This document shows positions 38,724-49,356 of a stretch of 64,000 nt of DNA, one piece after another. Positions within the stretch are counted from its first letter, which is position 1. Every line of letters begins with the position of its first letter. The translations under genes were made by a program, and so were the position numbers. Source of the DNA: Alphaproteobacteria bacterium (GTDB taxonomy: Bacteria > Pseudomonadota > Alphaproteobacteria > MPNO01); assembly GCA_964291675.2 (NCBI GenBank), contig OZ219866.1, forward strand, positions 1,472,001 through 1,536,000, given 5' to 3'. The notes beneath the pieces were generated by a model. The model had not been told where the DNA came from and searched no databases. It worked only from the letters and a program-made list of their open reading frames with translations.

Positions 38724-40049
38724 ATGACCCATGTGTTTCACCGCTCGCTTTGCGGAGCCCTGCCGACGGTGTCCCACGGCGAAGGCGTCTACCTCTACGA
38801 TACCGGGGGACGGGCGTATCTCGACGGTTGCGGCGGGGCGGCGGTTTCCTGCCTGGGCCATTCCGACGGGCGGGTGAAGCGGGCGATCGCCGACCAGCTG
38901 CGCAAGATCCCCTTCGCGCATACCGGCTATTTCACCAACGAAGCCGTCGAGCGCCTGGCCGAAAGGCTGGCCCAGCTGGCGCCCGGGGCGCTCGACCGGG
39001 TGTTTTTCGTCAGCGGCGGTTCCGAGGCCATCGAATCGGCGCTCAAGATGGCACGCCAGTATTTCGTCGAGCGTGGCGAGACCGGACGCGCCAGGTTCAT
39101 CACCAGGCGCCAGAGTTTCCACGGCAACACGCTGGGCGCGCTCGCGGCCGGCGGCAACCGCTGGCGCCGCGCCCAGTTCGAGCCGCTGCTGATCGAGACC
39201 CACCGCATCGAGCCCTGCTACGAGTATCGCGGGCGCAAGCTCGAAGAGACGCCGGAGAGCTACGGCCTCAGGGTGGCCGACGAGCTGGAGAACAGGATCC
39301 TCGAGCTCGGCCCCGAGACGGTGGCCGCCTTCATCGCCGAGACGGTGATGGGCGCGACCGCGGGCGCGGTGCCGCCCACCGCGGGGTACTTTGGGCGGAT
39401 CCGCGAGATCTGCGACCGCTACGGCATCCTGCTGATCCTCGACGAGGTGATGTGCGGCATGGGCAGGACAGGCACCATGTTCTCCTGCGAACAGGACGGC
39501 GTGGTGCCCGATCTGCTCACCCTCGCCAAGGGGCTGGGCGCCGGGTACCAGCCGATCGGCGCCGTCATGGTCGCCGATCACGTGTTCCGCACCTTCGCCG
39601 ACGGCAGCGGGTTCTTCCAGCACAGCCACACCTATATGGGCCACCCGGTGGCCTGCGCCGCCGGCAACGCCGTCATCGACGCGATCGAGGAGGATGACCT
39701 GCTCGCCAATGTCCGCGAGCGCGGCGAGGACTTGCAGGCGGGTCTGTGCACCAAGCTCGGCCAGCACCCGCATGTCGGCGACATCCGCGGGCGCGGCCTG
39801 CTGGTCGGTATCGAGATCGTCAAGGACCGCGGTACCAAGGAACCCTTCGGGGCGGAGCGGAAGCTGCCCGCGCGCATCAAGGCGGCGGCGCTGGACGAAG
39901 GCCTGATGGTCTATCCGATGGGCGGGACCATCGACGGCGTCTCGGGCGCCCATGTGCTGCTGGCGCCGCCCTACATCGTCGACGGCGGCCATATCGGCGC
40001 CATCGTCGACCGATTGAGCACCGCGCTCGACACCGCGCTCGCGGCGTGA
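38724..40049 (+). CDS. Class III aminotransferase (omega-amine transaminase type)
   Basis: SGGSEAIE, SFHGNT, LDEVMCGMGRTG, LAKGLG, HTYMGHP. Confidence 0.92.
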   Translation: MTHVFHRSLCGALPTVSHGEGVYLYDTGGRAYLDGCGGAAVSCLGHSDGRVKRAIADQLRKIPFAHTGYFTNEAVERLAERLAQLAPGALDRVFFVSGGSEAIESALKMARQYFVERGETGRARFITRRQSFHGNTLGALAAGGNRWRRAQFEPLLIETHRIEPCYEYRGRKLEETPESYGLRVADELENRILELGPETVAAFIAETVMGATAGAVPPTAGYFGRIREICDRYGILLILDEVMCGMGRTGTMFSCEQDGVVPDLLTLAKGLGAGYQPIGAVMVADHVFRTFADGSGFFQHSHTYMGHPVACAAGNAVIDAIEEDDLLANVRERGEDLQAGLCTKLGQHPHVGDIRGRGLLVGIEIVKDRGTKEPFGAERKLPARIKAAALDEGLMVYPMGGTIDGVSGAHVLLAPPYIVDGGHIGAIVDRLSTALDTALAA

Positions 40050-40206
40050 CGCTCTCGCCGCCCAGGCCGGTTGCGCCGGGTTGCGGATTCAGCTTGACTT
40101 GCGCGATCGACGGCAGGGGGCGCGGAATATTTCCTCCGTTATTTCAATCGGTTAGATTATACTCTGTCGGTTCCTGCACGGCTTGCTGGAGGGCTGGCGC
40201 GTGAGG

Positions 40207-43200
40207 ATGGAAGCCGACGCCAAATCCGGGATCGTTCGAAAGCTCGCCGCGCGGGCGCGGCGGCGCAAGGGCGGCGGCGCCGAAGCCGCGCGTTTCGTCG
40301 CCCAGTTCTACCGCGACGTTCCGCAAGCCGATCTGGCGGCGATGGACGATCTTCGCGCCCTCGGCGGGGCGATGTCGACCTGGAGCCTTCTCCGGACCCG
40401 CAAGCGCGGCAAGCCCAGGATCCGGGTCTTCAACCCCGACATCGAGGCCGATGGCTGGGCCTCGCCCCACACCGTGATCGAAATCGTCAACGACGACATG
40501 CCGTTCCTCGTCGACTCGGTGACCGCCGAGATCAACCGGCACAATCTGTCGATCCATCTGGTCGCCCATCCCGTCGTGGCGGTCGAGCGGGACCGTGCCG
40601 GGCGGATGGGCAGGCTGTGCCCCAACGGGGTCGAAACCGACGGCGCAAACGCCGAATCGGTGATGCATTTCGAAGTCACCGAGCTGCGCCGGCCCGGCGC
40701 CCTGGAGCAGCTCCGCCGCGATTTGCAGGCGGTGCTCGGCGACGTCCGCGCCGCGGTCGAGGACTTCGACGCCATGCAGCGGCGGCTTGCCGAAGCGGCG
40801 GACGGGCTCGGGGAAGGCCCGGACGCCGACGAGGCGAGGGCCTTTCTCGGCTGGCTCGACGAACGCAGCTTCACCTTCATCGGCTACCGCGAATACGGCT
40901 TCGACCGGCGGGGCGGGGCGATCCGGCTGAGGCAGGCCGACGCGCCCGGGCTCGGCATCCTGCGCAACCCGGAGCGCAGCGTGCTGGCCGGCTGGCGGGA
41001 CGGGGCGGTCCTGCCCGAGATCGCGGCCTATTGCCAAGACCCCCGCCCGCTCGCCGTCTCCAAGGCGAACGGCCGCTCGACGGTCCACCGCTCGGTCCAT
41101 CTCGACACCGTGATGGTCAAGCGGTTCGGACGCCGGGGACGGATCGCCGGCGTGCGGATCTTCGTCGGCGTGTTCACGCCGCCGGTCCATCGCCAGAGGC
41201 TGGCGGACATCCCGGTTCTCGCGCGCAAGGCCGCGACGGTGATCGCACGCTCGGGTTTCCCGGCGGACAGCCATAACGGGATGTCGCTGCTGGAAATCCT
41301 CGAGTCGCTGCCGCGCAGCGACCTGTTCCAGTATTCCGACGAGGATCTGCTGCAAACCGCTCTCGGCGTGCTCCAGATCCGCGGCAGCCAGAAGGTTGCA
41401 TTGTTCGCCAGGCGCGACGCCTTCAACCGCTTCGTCTCCTGCCTGATCTACGTGCCGCGCGAGCGCTACACCTCGCAGCTCCGCGGCATCATGCGGGAGA
41501 TCGTCGAAGACGGGTTCGGCGCCCGGGCTTCGGTGTTCTACCTCCAGGTCTCCGACGAAGCCCATGCGCGGTTGCAGTTCATCGTCCCCACCCCGCCGGG
41601 CGGGCCGCCCGATGTCGATCTGCAGGCCATCGAGAGCAGGCTCGCCGAGGCGGCCCGGGACTGGCGCGACTCCTTCGGCCAGGCGCTGGCGGAGACCTAC
41701 GGCGAGGCGGAAGGGCTGCAAATCCATGACCGCTACAGGGACGCCTTCCCGGCGAGCTATCGGGAACGCCACGGCGGCGAACAGGCGCTCGCCGATATCG
41801 CGAAGATCGAAACCGTGCTCCGCAGCGGGACGATCGCCACCGACCTCTACCGCCCTGCCGGGCTCGAGGACTTCTGGGTCCATTTCAGGGTCTACCACCC
41901 GGACGGGCAGCTTCCCCTGTCCGACGTGCTGCCGATGCTGGAGAACATGGGTCTGCGGGTGATCGGCGAGACCGCGCACCGGATCGCCCGCGGCGGGGCG
42001 GGCCGCGATGTCTGGCTGCACGATTTCGGCATGCAGACCAGGGACCGGCGACCGGTCGATCTGGACCGCGCGAAGGAGAACTTCGAAGCCCAGTTCATCG
42101 GCGTCTGGCGCGGCGAGATCGAGAGCGACGGCTTCAACGCGCTGGCGCTGGCGACCGGGCTCCACTGGCGCGAGATCGCCATGCTGCGCGCCTGCTGCAA
42201 ATACCTGCGCCAGGCCGCGATCCCGTTCAGCCAGGCCTATATGGAGGCCACGCTTCTCGCCAACCCCCGCATCACCGAGGCGATCGTCGAGCTCTTCGAG
42301 TCGATCTTCGATCCGGATCTACCGCCCGACCGCCGGGGCCGCCGGGCGGCGCGTATCGAGAAGCGCCTCGCCGGCGCGCTCGATGCGGTCGACGACCTCG
42401 ACCAGGACCGCATCCTGCGGCGCTACCTGAACCTCGTGCAGGCGACGCTGCGGACCAACTACTACCAGGTCGATTCCGACGGGGCGCCCAAGGGCTACAT
42501 CGCCTTCAAGATCGACTCCGGCGCGGTCGAGGATTTGCCCGAGCCGGCGCCGATGTTCGAGATATTCGTCTACGCCCCGCGCATGGAGGCGATCCACCTG
42601 CGCGGCGGCAGGATCGCGCGCGGCGGCATCCGCTGGTCCGACCGGCGCGAGGACTTCCGCACCGAGATCCTCGGGCTGATGAAGGCCCAGTTGACCAAGA
42701 ACGCGGTCATCGTCCCCACCGGCTCCAAGGGCGGCTTCGTGGTCAAGCGCCCGCCGCCGCCGGAAGCCGGGCGCGAGGCGTATCTCGACGAGGGCATTGC
42801 CTGCTACCGGACGATGATATCGGGGCTGCTCGACCTGACCGACAATATCGGCCCGGACGGTCCGGTTCATCCCGACCGCACGGTCCGCCTGGACGGCGAC
42901 GATCCCTATCTCGTGGTCGCCGCCGACAAGGGGACCGCCACCTTCTCCGACATCGCCAACGAGGTCGCCCGCGGCTACGGCTTCTGGCTCGACGACGCAT
43001 TCGCCTCCGGCGGGTCGATCGGCTACGACCACAAGGGCATGGGGATTACCGCCCGCGGCGCCTGGGAGTCGGTCAAGCGTCACTTCCGCGAGATGGGCAC
43101 CGACATCCAGACCGGCGGCTTCACCTGCGTCGGCATCGGCGACATGAGCGGCGACGTGTTCGGCAACGGCATGCAGCTCTCCGAACATGTCAGGCTGGTC

Positions 43201-45023
43201 GGCGCCTTCAACCACCTCCACATCTTCGTCGACCCGGACCCCGACCCGCGGGCGAGCCTGGCGGAGCGCAAACGGCTCTTCGGGATGCCGCAGAGCGCGT
43301 GGACCGACTACGATCCCAAGTCGATCTCGCCCGGCGGCGGCGTGTTCGACCGCCATGCGAAGGCGATCCCCGTGACGCCGGAGATGCGCCGCGCGCTCGA
43401 CCTGCCGCCGCGCGACGATCTCACGCCGAACGACCTCATCCGGGCGCTGCTCAGGGCGCCGGTCGACCTGCTGTGGTTCGGCGGCATCGGAACCTATGTC
43501 AAGGCGGCGGACGAAACCCACCCGGATGTCGGGGACCGGGTGAACGACCCGGTGCGCGTCGACGCGGACGAGCTTCGCTGCCGCGTCGTCGGCGAGGGCG
43601 CCAATCTCGGCTTCACCCAGCGCGGGCGCATCGCCTATGCGGAGCGCGGCGGGCGCATCAATGCCGACTTCATCGACAACTCGGGCGGCGTCTCGACCTC
43701 CGACCGCGAGGTCAACATCAAGATCCTGCTCGGCGAGGCGGTCGCCGCCGGCAGGCTCTCGCGCGCCGGGCGCGACAGGCTGCTCGCCGACATGACCGAC
43801 GAGGTCGCGGTCCAGGTGCTGGGGGTCAACTACCGCCAGAGCATGGCGCTCACCCATTTCGAGACCCAGGGCTGCCTTCTGGTCGACAGGGCGGCCCGCC
43901 TGATCCGCGCCCTCGAACGCTCGGGCCGTCTCGACCGGGCGTCCGAATTCCTGCCCGACGAGGAGACCCTCGAAGAGCGCAAGTCCGCCGGGCTCGGGCT
44001 CACCAGGCCGGAACTCGCGGTGCTGCTCTCCTATGCCAAGCTGGCGCTCTATGACGACATTCTCGCGAGCGACATCCCCGACGATCCGTCGCTGGTCCAG
44101 GATGTCGGCTTCTACTTTCCGCAACCGATCCGCGCCGGGTTCGGGGACCTGGTTCCCGGCCACCCTCTGCGCCGGGAGATCAGCGCGACCTACGTCACCA
44201 ACAGCATGATCAACCGCGCCGGTCCGACTTTCGTGCACGAGGTCGTGGACAGGACCGGCGCCGCACCAGCCGAGGTCGCGAAGGCGTATCTCATCGGCCG
44301 GCGCATCTTCGACCTGTCCCGCCTGTGGCGCGAGATCGAGGCGCTGGACAACCGGGCCAGCGCGGCGATCCAGACCCGGCTCAACCTGGACATCCTGCGG
44401 CCGATCGAGCGCGCCACGATCTGGCTGCTGCGGAACGGATCGCGGCCGCTCGAGATCAACCGCACCATCGAGCGCTTCGCCGGCGGGATCCGTACCCTTG
44501 CCGAAAGGCTCGACGGCTTGATTGCCGACGAGACCCGGGCGGAGATCGAACGCCGGACGGGCGATGCCGTCGAGGCCGGTGTGCCGGAATCCCTCGCGCG
44601 CGAGATCGCCAGCCTGGAGCCGCTCTATTCAGGCTGCGATATCGTCCGTATCGCGACCGAGCGAAGGCGTAGCGTCGAACACGTGGCGCGGGTCTATTTC
44701 ACCGTCGGCCGCAAGCTCGCGTTCGATTGGTTGCGCGGCTCCGCCGCGGCGCTGCCCGCCGAGACCGAATGGCAGGCTGCCGCCGTCGCCGCGGTGATCG
44801 ACGATTTCTACGTCCAGCAGAGCGGTCTGACGGAGCGCGTGCTGGACGATTCCGGCCGCGCCCGGGACGCGGCGGCCGGGCGCTGGTGGACCGCCAACGG
44901 GGGACGCGTCGCCCGCGCGGAATCCCTGGTCGCCGATCTGCGCGCCGCGGGCAGCCCCGACCTCGCGAGCGCGCGATGCTGACCGTCGCCAATAGGGAGA
45001 TAAGGGGCCTTCTCGCCCGCTAG
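40207..45023 (+). CDS. gdhB: Large NAD-specific glutamate dehydrogenase; apparent frameshift near the 3' end (reading frame stops at 44982, expected C-terminus ends at 45023)
   Basis: DDMPFLVDSV, ARGGIRWSDR, YLVVAADKGTATFSD, GIGDMSGDVFGNGM, GEGANLG; the expected DLA|MLTVANREIR tail is split by 8 extra nt at 44968-44975. Confidence 0.92.
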
Positions 45024-45044
45024 GGGCAATCCGGCCCTCCCCCT

Positions 45045-45942
45045 TTACGGCGCCTCGAAACGGTCCTCGAAGGCGATCACCTCCCGGAAGCCCATCAGCT
45101 CGTTGAAGTCGGCGAACGGATGAAGCGCGGTATCGGCCGCGCCGGAGGAGCCGTGATCGCGCAGCGCGCGGTAGACCCGGCTCAGCGCCTCGGTGGCCGC
45201 GAGGAAGCCGGCCGCCGGGAAGATGGCGACGCGGAACCCGATCGCCGCCAGCGCGTCCGGCGTGAGCACGGGGGTCAGACCGCCCTCCACCATGTTGGCC
45301 ATCAGCGGGGAATCGAGCAGCCGGGCGGCCTCCTCCATCTCCTCGACCGATGCCGGCGCCTCGTAGAACAGGATGTCGGCGCCGGCCTCCTGGAAGGCTT
45401 CCAGCCGGCGCAGCGCCTCGTCCCGGCTCGCGGCCTTGCGGGCGTCGGTGCGCGCGATGACCAGGAAGTCTTGCTGAGCCGGGAATCGAGCGCGACCCTG
45501 ATCTTGCGCACCATCTCTTCTTGCGCACCATCTCTTCCAGCGGGATCAGACGCATGCCTTCCGTGTGGCCGCATTTCTTGGGGAAGGCCTGGTCCTCGAT
45601 CTGGATCGCGGCGACGCCGGCGCGCTCGTAGCCCTGCACCGTGTGGCGGACATTGACGGTGCCGCCATAGCCGGTATCGGCGTCGGCGATCAGCGGGGTC
45701 TTCGTGCCGGCGGCGATCTGGCCCGCGCGGGCGACCATCTCGGTATAGGTGGCGATCCCGGCATCGGGCAGGCCGAGATGCGAAGCGACGACGCCGGACC
45801 CGGTCATGTAGATCGCCGGAAAGCCCATCGAATCGGCGATGCGTGCCGAGATCATGTCGTAGACGCCGGGCGCGGCGATGAATTCGCCGGAGCGCAGCCG
45901 GTCGGCGAGAGCCCGGGTCTTGGGAACGGAACGGTCGTGCAT
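45045..45942 (-). pseudogene. Isocitrate lyase/PEP mutase family gene (2,3-dimethylmalate lyase/PrpB-like), doubly frameshifted
   Basis: PGVYDMISAR, ADADTGYG, IEDQAFPKKCGH; 17-bp tandem duplication at 45502-45535 and a 1-nt loss at about 45470 before DFLVIARTDA. Confidence 0.82.
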
Positions 45943-46082
45943 TGGGGTCCTCCTCTCGGATCGGGACAAGCTACCCGGTTTGCAATTCGAGTCGAGGGCG
46001 GGGTCGAAGCGCGGCAACCGTTATCCGATCGAGCGCCGCTGGATTTTGCGAAAATCGGGGAAACTCTCTTGCGTCCTCTCAA

Positions 46083-46129
46083 AAACGACATATAGTTGTC
46101 ATATTTCCACAAGACACGATATGTAGCGT
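46083..46129 (+). promoter_or_regulatory. Tandem NrdR-box-like sites over the gcrA promoter
   Basis: AAACGACATATAGTTG (46083-46098) and ACACGATATGTAGCGT (46114-46129), 31 bp apart; TTGCGT-16-TATAGT promoter. Confidence 0.6.
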
Positions 46130-46146
46130 GCCAATAGGGGGGATCG

Positions 46147-46509
46147 ATGACCTGGACACCGGAGAGGGTCGACAGCCTGGTTCGGCTTTGGTCGGACGGG
46201 TTGTCGGCGCGCCAGATCGCCGACAAGCTGGGCGGGGTAACGCGGAACGCCGTCATCGGCAAGGCGCACCGCCTCAACCTCCAGCGCGGAACGCCCACGC
46301 CCGAGCCGATGCCCGAACCGCCGCCGCCGCGGATCGACTACCCGATCACGCCGATGCCCGAGGTCAAGGGCTGGATGTGCCGCTGGCAGATCCCCGAGCC
46401 CGGCCGCTTCGGGCTCCATATTTGCGGCAAGACGGTCCAGCCGGGGCGCCAGTTCTGCGCCGAGCATCTGACGGCGGCGTATCTGATGCGCAAGAGCAGC
46501 GCCGCCTGA
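46147..46509 (+). CDS. gcrA: GcrA-family cell-cycle regulator (short, 120 aa)
   Basis: MTWTPERV...LWSDGLSARQIA...GVTRNAVIGKAHRL; CRW...CG...FCAEH...AY. Confidence 0.88.
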   Translation: MTWTPERVDSLVRLWSDGLSARQIADKLGGVTRNAVIGKAHRLNLQRGTPTPEPMPEPPPPRIDYPITPMPEVKGWMCRWQIPEPGRFGLHICGKTVQPGRQFCAEHLTAAYLMRKSSAA

Positions 46510-46513
46510 GGCG

Positions 46514-46631
46514 GTCCCTCGATATGGCGCTTCGCGCCCGCTCGGGACGAGGGCACCCCGAATAACCCCTCGCCCCGAGCAGCGGCCCCTCGGTTTCGCT
46601 CGGGACAGGCTGCACCGCGTCTCGAAGGGCG
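46514..46631. repeat. Palindromic repeat, family A-related (diverged, opposite orientation)
   Basis: GTCCCTCGATATGGCGC...CTCGGGACGAGGG...CCCTCGCCCCGAG...TCTCGAAGGGC between convergent genes. Confidence 0.6.
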
Positions 46632-46632
46632 G

Positions 46633-47916
46633 CTACCGTGCCTCGATCGCCCGCCAGGCCCAGTCGGCGAGCCGGATCAGCCGGTCGTCGGCGCCGACCG
46701 GACCGACGAGCTGGACGCCGACCGGGAGGCCGCTTGGGCCGGCGAAGGCGGGGATGGTGATGCAGGGGCCGTGCATCAATGTCCACACCCGGTTGAACGA
46801 GGATTTCTGAATCCCCGTCAGGTCGTCGGACGGCTCGCCCGGCGCGCTTGCCGTCAGCACGAAGTCGAAGCGCTCGAAAATCCCCGCCATCGCCGCGCGG
46901 CATCGCGCGGCGGTTTCCCGGGCCGCGGCGTACTCGGCTTCGGAGGCGCTTTCGCCGATCGCGACCTGGTCCCGGATCCAGTGGTTGAGCCGGTCGCGGT
47001 GATCGGCGATCTCCCCGGCGAGCGAGCGCCCGCCCTCGACCGCGGTGACGATGCGGAAGGCGTCTTCGACCGCATCGAAGACCGGCGGCAACTCGATGCC
47101 GGTCACCTCCGCCCCCGCCCGGTCGCACGCCGCCTCCGCCGCGTCGACCGCTTCGACGGTCGCGGGCTCGGCGTCATCCCAGTTGGGCGCGCGGCAGACC
47201 GCGACGCGGAGCGCGCCGGGCGCCTCGTCGAAGGAGACCGGCGGCGTCTCCGTCATCGCCGCGCGGACCAGCGCGATGTCGCGCAGCGAGCGTGCGAAGA
47301 TGCCGATGGTATCGAGGCTCGGGCGGAGATGGCGGAGCCCGCCGCGGTCGATCCCGTCGAGGCTCGCCTTGTAGCCGACCACGCCGCAGGACGCGGCCGG
47401 CATGATCATCGAACCGCCGGTCTGGCTGCCGAGCGCGACCGGCACCATGCAATCGGCGACCGCGGCGGCCGAACCGGAGGACGACACCCCGGGGCTGCGC
47501 GCAAAATCGCGCGGGTTCCTGACCCCGACCGGGACCGGGCTCGCGAACTCCGTCGTGGTCGCCTTGCCGAGGATCACCGCGCCGGCCCGCCTGAGCGCGG
47601 CGACGCAGGCGGAATCGCGCGCCGGGCGGTGACCCCGGTGGATCGGCGATCCGTATTCGGTCGGCAGGTCGGCGGTATCGAAGATGTCCTTGATCCCGAC
47701 CGGTATGCCCCTGAGCGCACCGGAGCCCGCGGCGTCGGACATGCAGGCCTGGCCAAGCGCGTGGGCGGGCTGGATATGCGCCCAGGCGCCGATCTCGCCG
47801 TCGCGCTCGGCGATGCGTTCCAGGCAGGCGGCGACCAGGGCGTGCGACGTGGCACTCCCGTCGGCGAGCCGCGCCGCAGCTTCGGTGGCATCGAGCGTGT
47901 TGAGCGCGTTGCTCAT
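46633..47916 (-). CDS. Amidase (amidase signature family)
   Basis: GIPVGIKD, GKATTTEFA, PGVSSSGSAAAV, GSQTGGS. Confidence 0.9.
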   Translation of the reverse strand: MSNALNTLDATEAAARLADGSATSHALVAACLERIAERDGEIGAWAHIQPAHALGQACMSDAAGSGALRGIPVGIKDIFDTADLPTEYGSPIHRGHRPARDSACVAALRRAGAVILGKATTTEFASPVPVGVRNPRDFARSPGVSSSGSAAAVADCMVPVALGSQTGGSMIMPAASCGVVGYKASLDGIDRGGLRHLRPSLDTIGIFARSLRDIALVRAAMTETPPVSFDEAPGALRVAVCRAPNWDDAEPATVEAVDAAEAACDRAGAEVTGIELPPVFDAVEDAFRIVTAVEGGRSLAGEIADHRDRLNHWIRDQVAIGESASEAEYAAARETAARCRAAMAGIFERFDFVLTASAPGEPSDDLTGIQKSSFNRVWTLMHGPCITIPAFAGPSGLPVGVQLVGPVGADDRLIRLADWAWRAIEAR

Positions 47917-47926
47917 CGCCGTCTCC

Positions 47927-49354
47927 CTAGCTGAAGCGGACGTACTCGAAGGTCGACGGGTCCTCGTGGTTGATGCCGCGGGCCGGCGGCGCCACCCAGG
48001 ACGCGATCTTGCCAGGCTCGACGACGCGCTTCATCAGCGACTGGACGAAGGCGCGGTCCTCCTCGTTGGGCAGCCACTCGCCGTGCCGCCGCGTCCACTC
48101 CGCCTCGGAGACGATCCTGCCCCCGGGCGAGACCCGGACGTCGGCGAAGTTGCCGATGCGCCGGTTGAAGGCGCGGTGCGGCAGCTTGAACTGGAAGTCG
48201 ATGCCGGCCCGCTTGATGCTGCGGTTCCACCGAGTCATGCCGCGCTGGCAGTCCTTGATGTACTCCTCGCGCAGCCGCTCGTTGACTGCATTCAGCGCCG
48301 GCTGGTCCTCGAGCACGATCTCGTCGCCCTTCACGACATGGACCGGCCAGGTGCCGTCGAGCAGGCGGTGGTCGTCCTCCATCGCGGTTTCCTGGAAGCG
48401 GCCCTTGAGGCTCTGGTTGAAGTAGCTCGCCGCGTTGGTCGAGAGCTCCTGGCCGAACAAATCGAGCGACACGCTGAAGTGGAAGTTCATGAATTTCTGC
48501 AGGGTCGGCATGTCCACCGCGCCGGCTGCGCGCACCCGCTCGGGGTCGTCGGTCTTGAGCTCGTTCATCGCCTCGCTTGTGCGCTGGATCACCCGTCCGA
48601 CCCCGGTCTCGCCGATGAACATGTGGTGGCCTTCCTCGGTCAGCATGAACTGACAGGTCCGGGCCAGCGGGTCGAAGCCGGACTCGGCGAGCGAGGCGAG
48701 CTGGTACTTGCCGTCGCGGTCGGTGAAATAGGTGAACATGAAGAAGGACAGCCAGTCCGGCGTCTTCTCGTTGAACGCGCCGAGGATGCGGGGCTTGTCG
48801 GGATCGCCGGAATGGCGCTCCAGCATGGCTTCCGCCTCCTCGCGCCCGTCGCGGCCGAAATAGGCGTGCAGGAGGTAGACCATCGCCCACAGATGCCGCC
48901 CCTCCTCGACATTGACCTGGAAGATGTTGCGCAGGTCGTAGAGCGACGGGCAGGTGAGCCCCAGCATGCGCTGCTGCTCGACCGAGGCGGGCTCGGTGTC
49001 GCCCTGGGTGACGATGAGGCGGCGCAGCGTCGAACGGTACTCGCCCGGCACCTCCTGCCAGACATCCTCGCCCTTGTGCTCGCCGAAGGAGATCTTCTGG
49101 TCCGGCCGGGCCGGGTTGACGAAGATCCCCCAGCGGTAGTCCGGCATCTTGACGAAGTCGTAATGCGCCCAGCCTTCGGGCTCGACGCTGATCGCGGTGC
49201 GCAGGTAGATGTCGAAGTTCCTGGTCCCCTCGGGGCCGAGCTCGTGCCACCAGCTCAGGAACTCGGGCTGCCACGCTTCCAGCGCGCGCTGCAGCCGCCG
49301 GTTGTCGGCGAGGTCGACATTGTTGGGGATCCGCTCGTTGTAGTTGATCGCCAT
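47927..49354 (-). CDS. boxB: Benzoyl-CoA 2,3-epoxidase subunit B
   Basis: IPNNVDL, VKMPDYRWG, QGDTEPASVEQ, VEEGRH, TDRDGK, TEEGHH di-iron motifs. Confidence 0.96.
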   Translation of the reverse strand: MAINYNERIPNNVDLADNRRLQRALEAWQPEFLSWWHELGPEGTRNFDIYLRTAISVEPEGWAHYDFVKMPDYRWGIFVNPARPDQKISFGEHKGEDVWQEVPGEYRSTLRRLIVTQGDTEPASVEQQRMLGLTCPSLYDLRNIFQVNVEEGRHLWAMVYLLHAYFGRDGREEAEAMLERHSGDPDKPRILGAFNEKTPDWLSFFMFTYFTDRDGKYQLASLAESGFDPLARTCQFMLTEEGHHMFIGETGVGRVIQRTSEAMNELKTDDPERVRAAGAVDMPTLQKFMNFHFSVSLDLFGQELSTNAASYFNQSLKGRFQETAMEDDHRLLDGTWPVHVVKGDEIVLEDQPALNAVNERLREEYIKDCQRGMTRWNRSIKRAGIDFQFKLPHRAFNRRIGNFADVRVSPGGRIVSEAEWTRRHGEWLPNEEDRAFVQSLMKRVVEPGKIASWVAPPARGINHEDPSTFEYVRFS

Positions 49355-49356
49355 GG

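Noticed and set aside
40125-40165. AT-rich patch with IHF-like TTTCAATCGGTTA upstream of gdhB
   Set aside because: Ordinary promoter composition; a single imperfect match.
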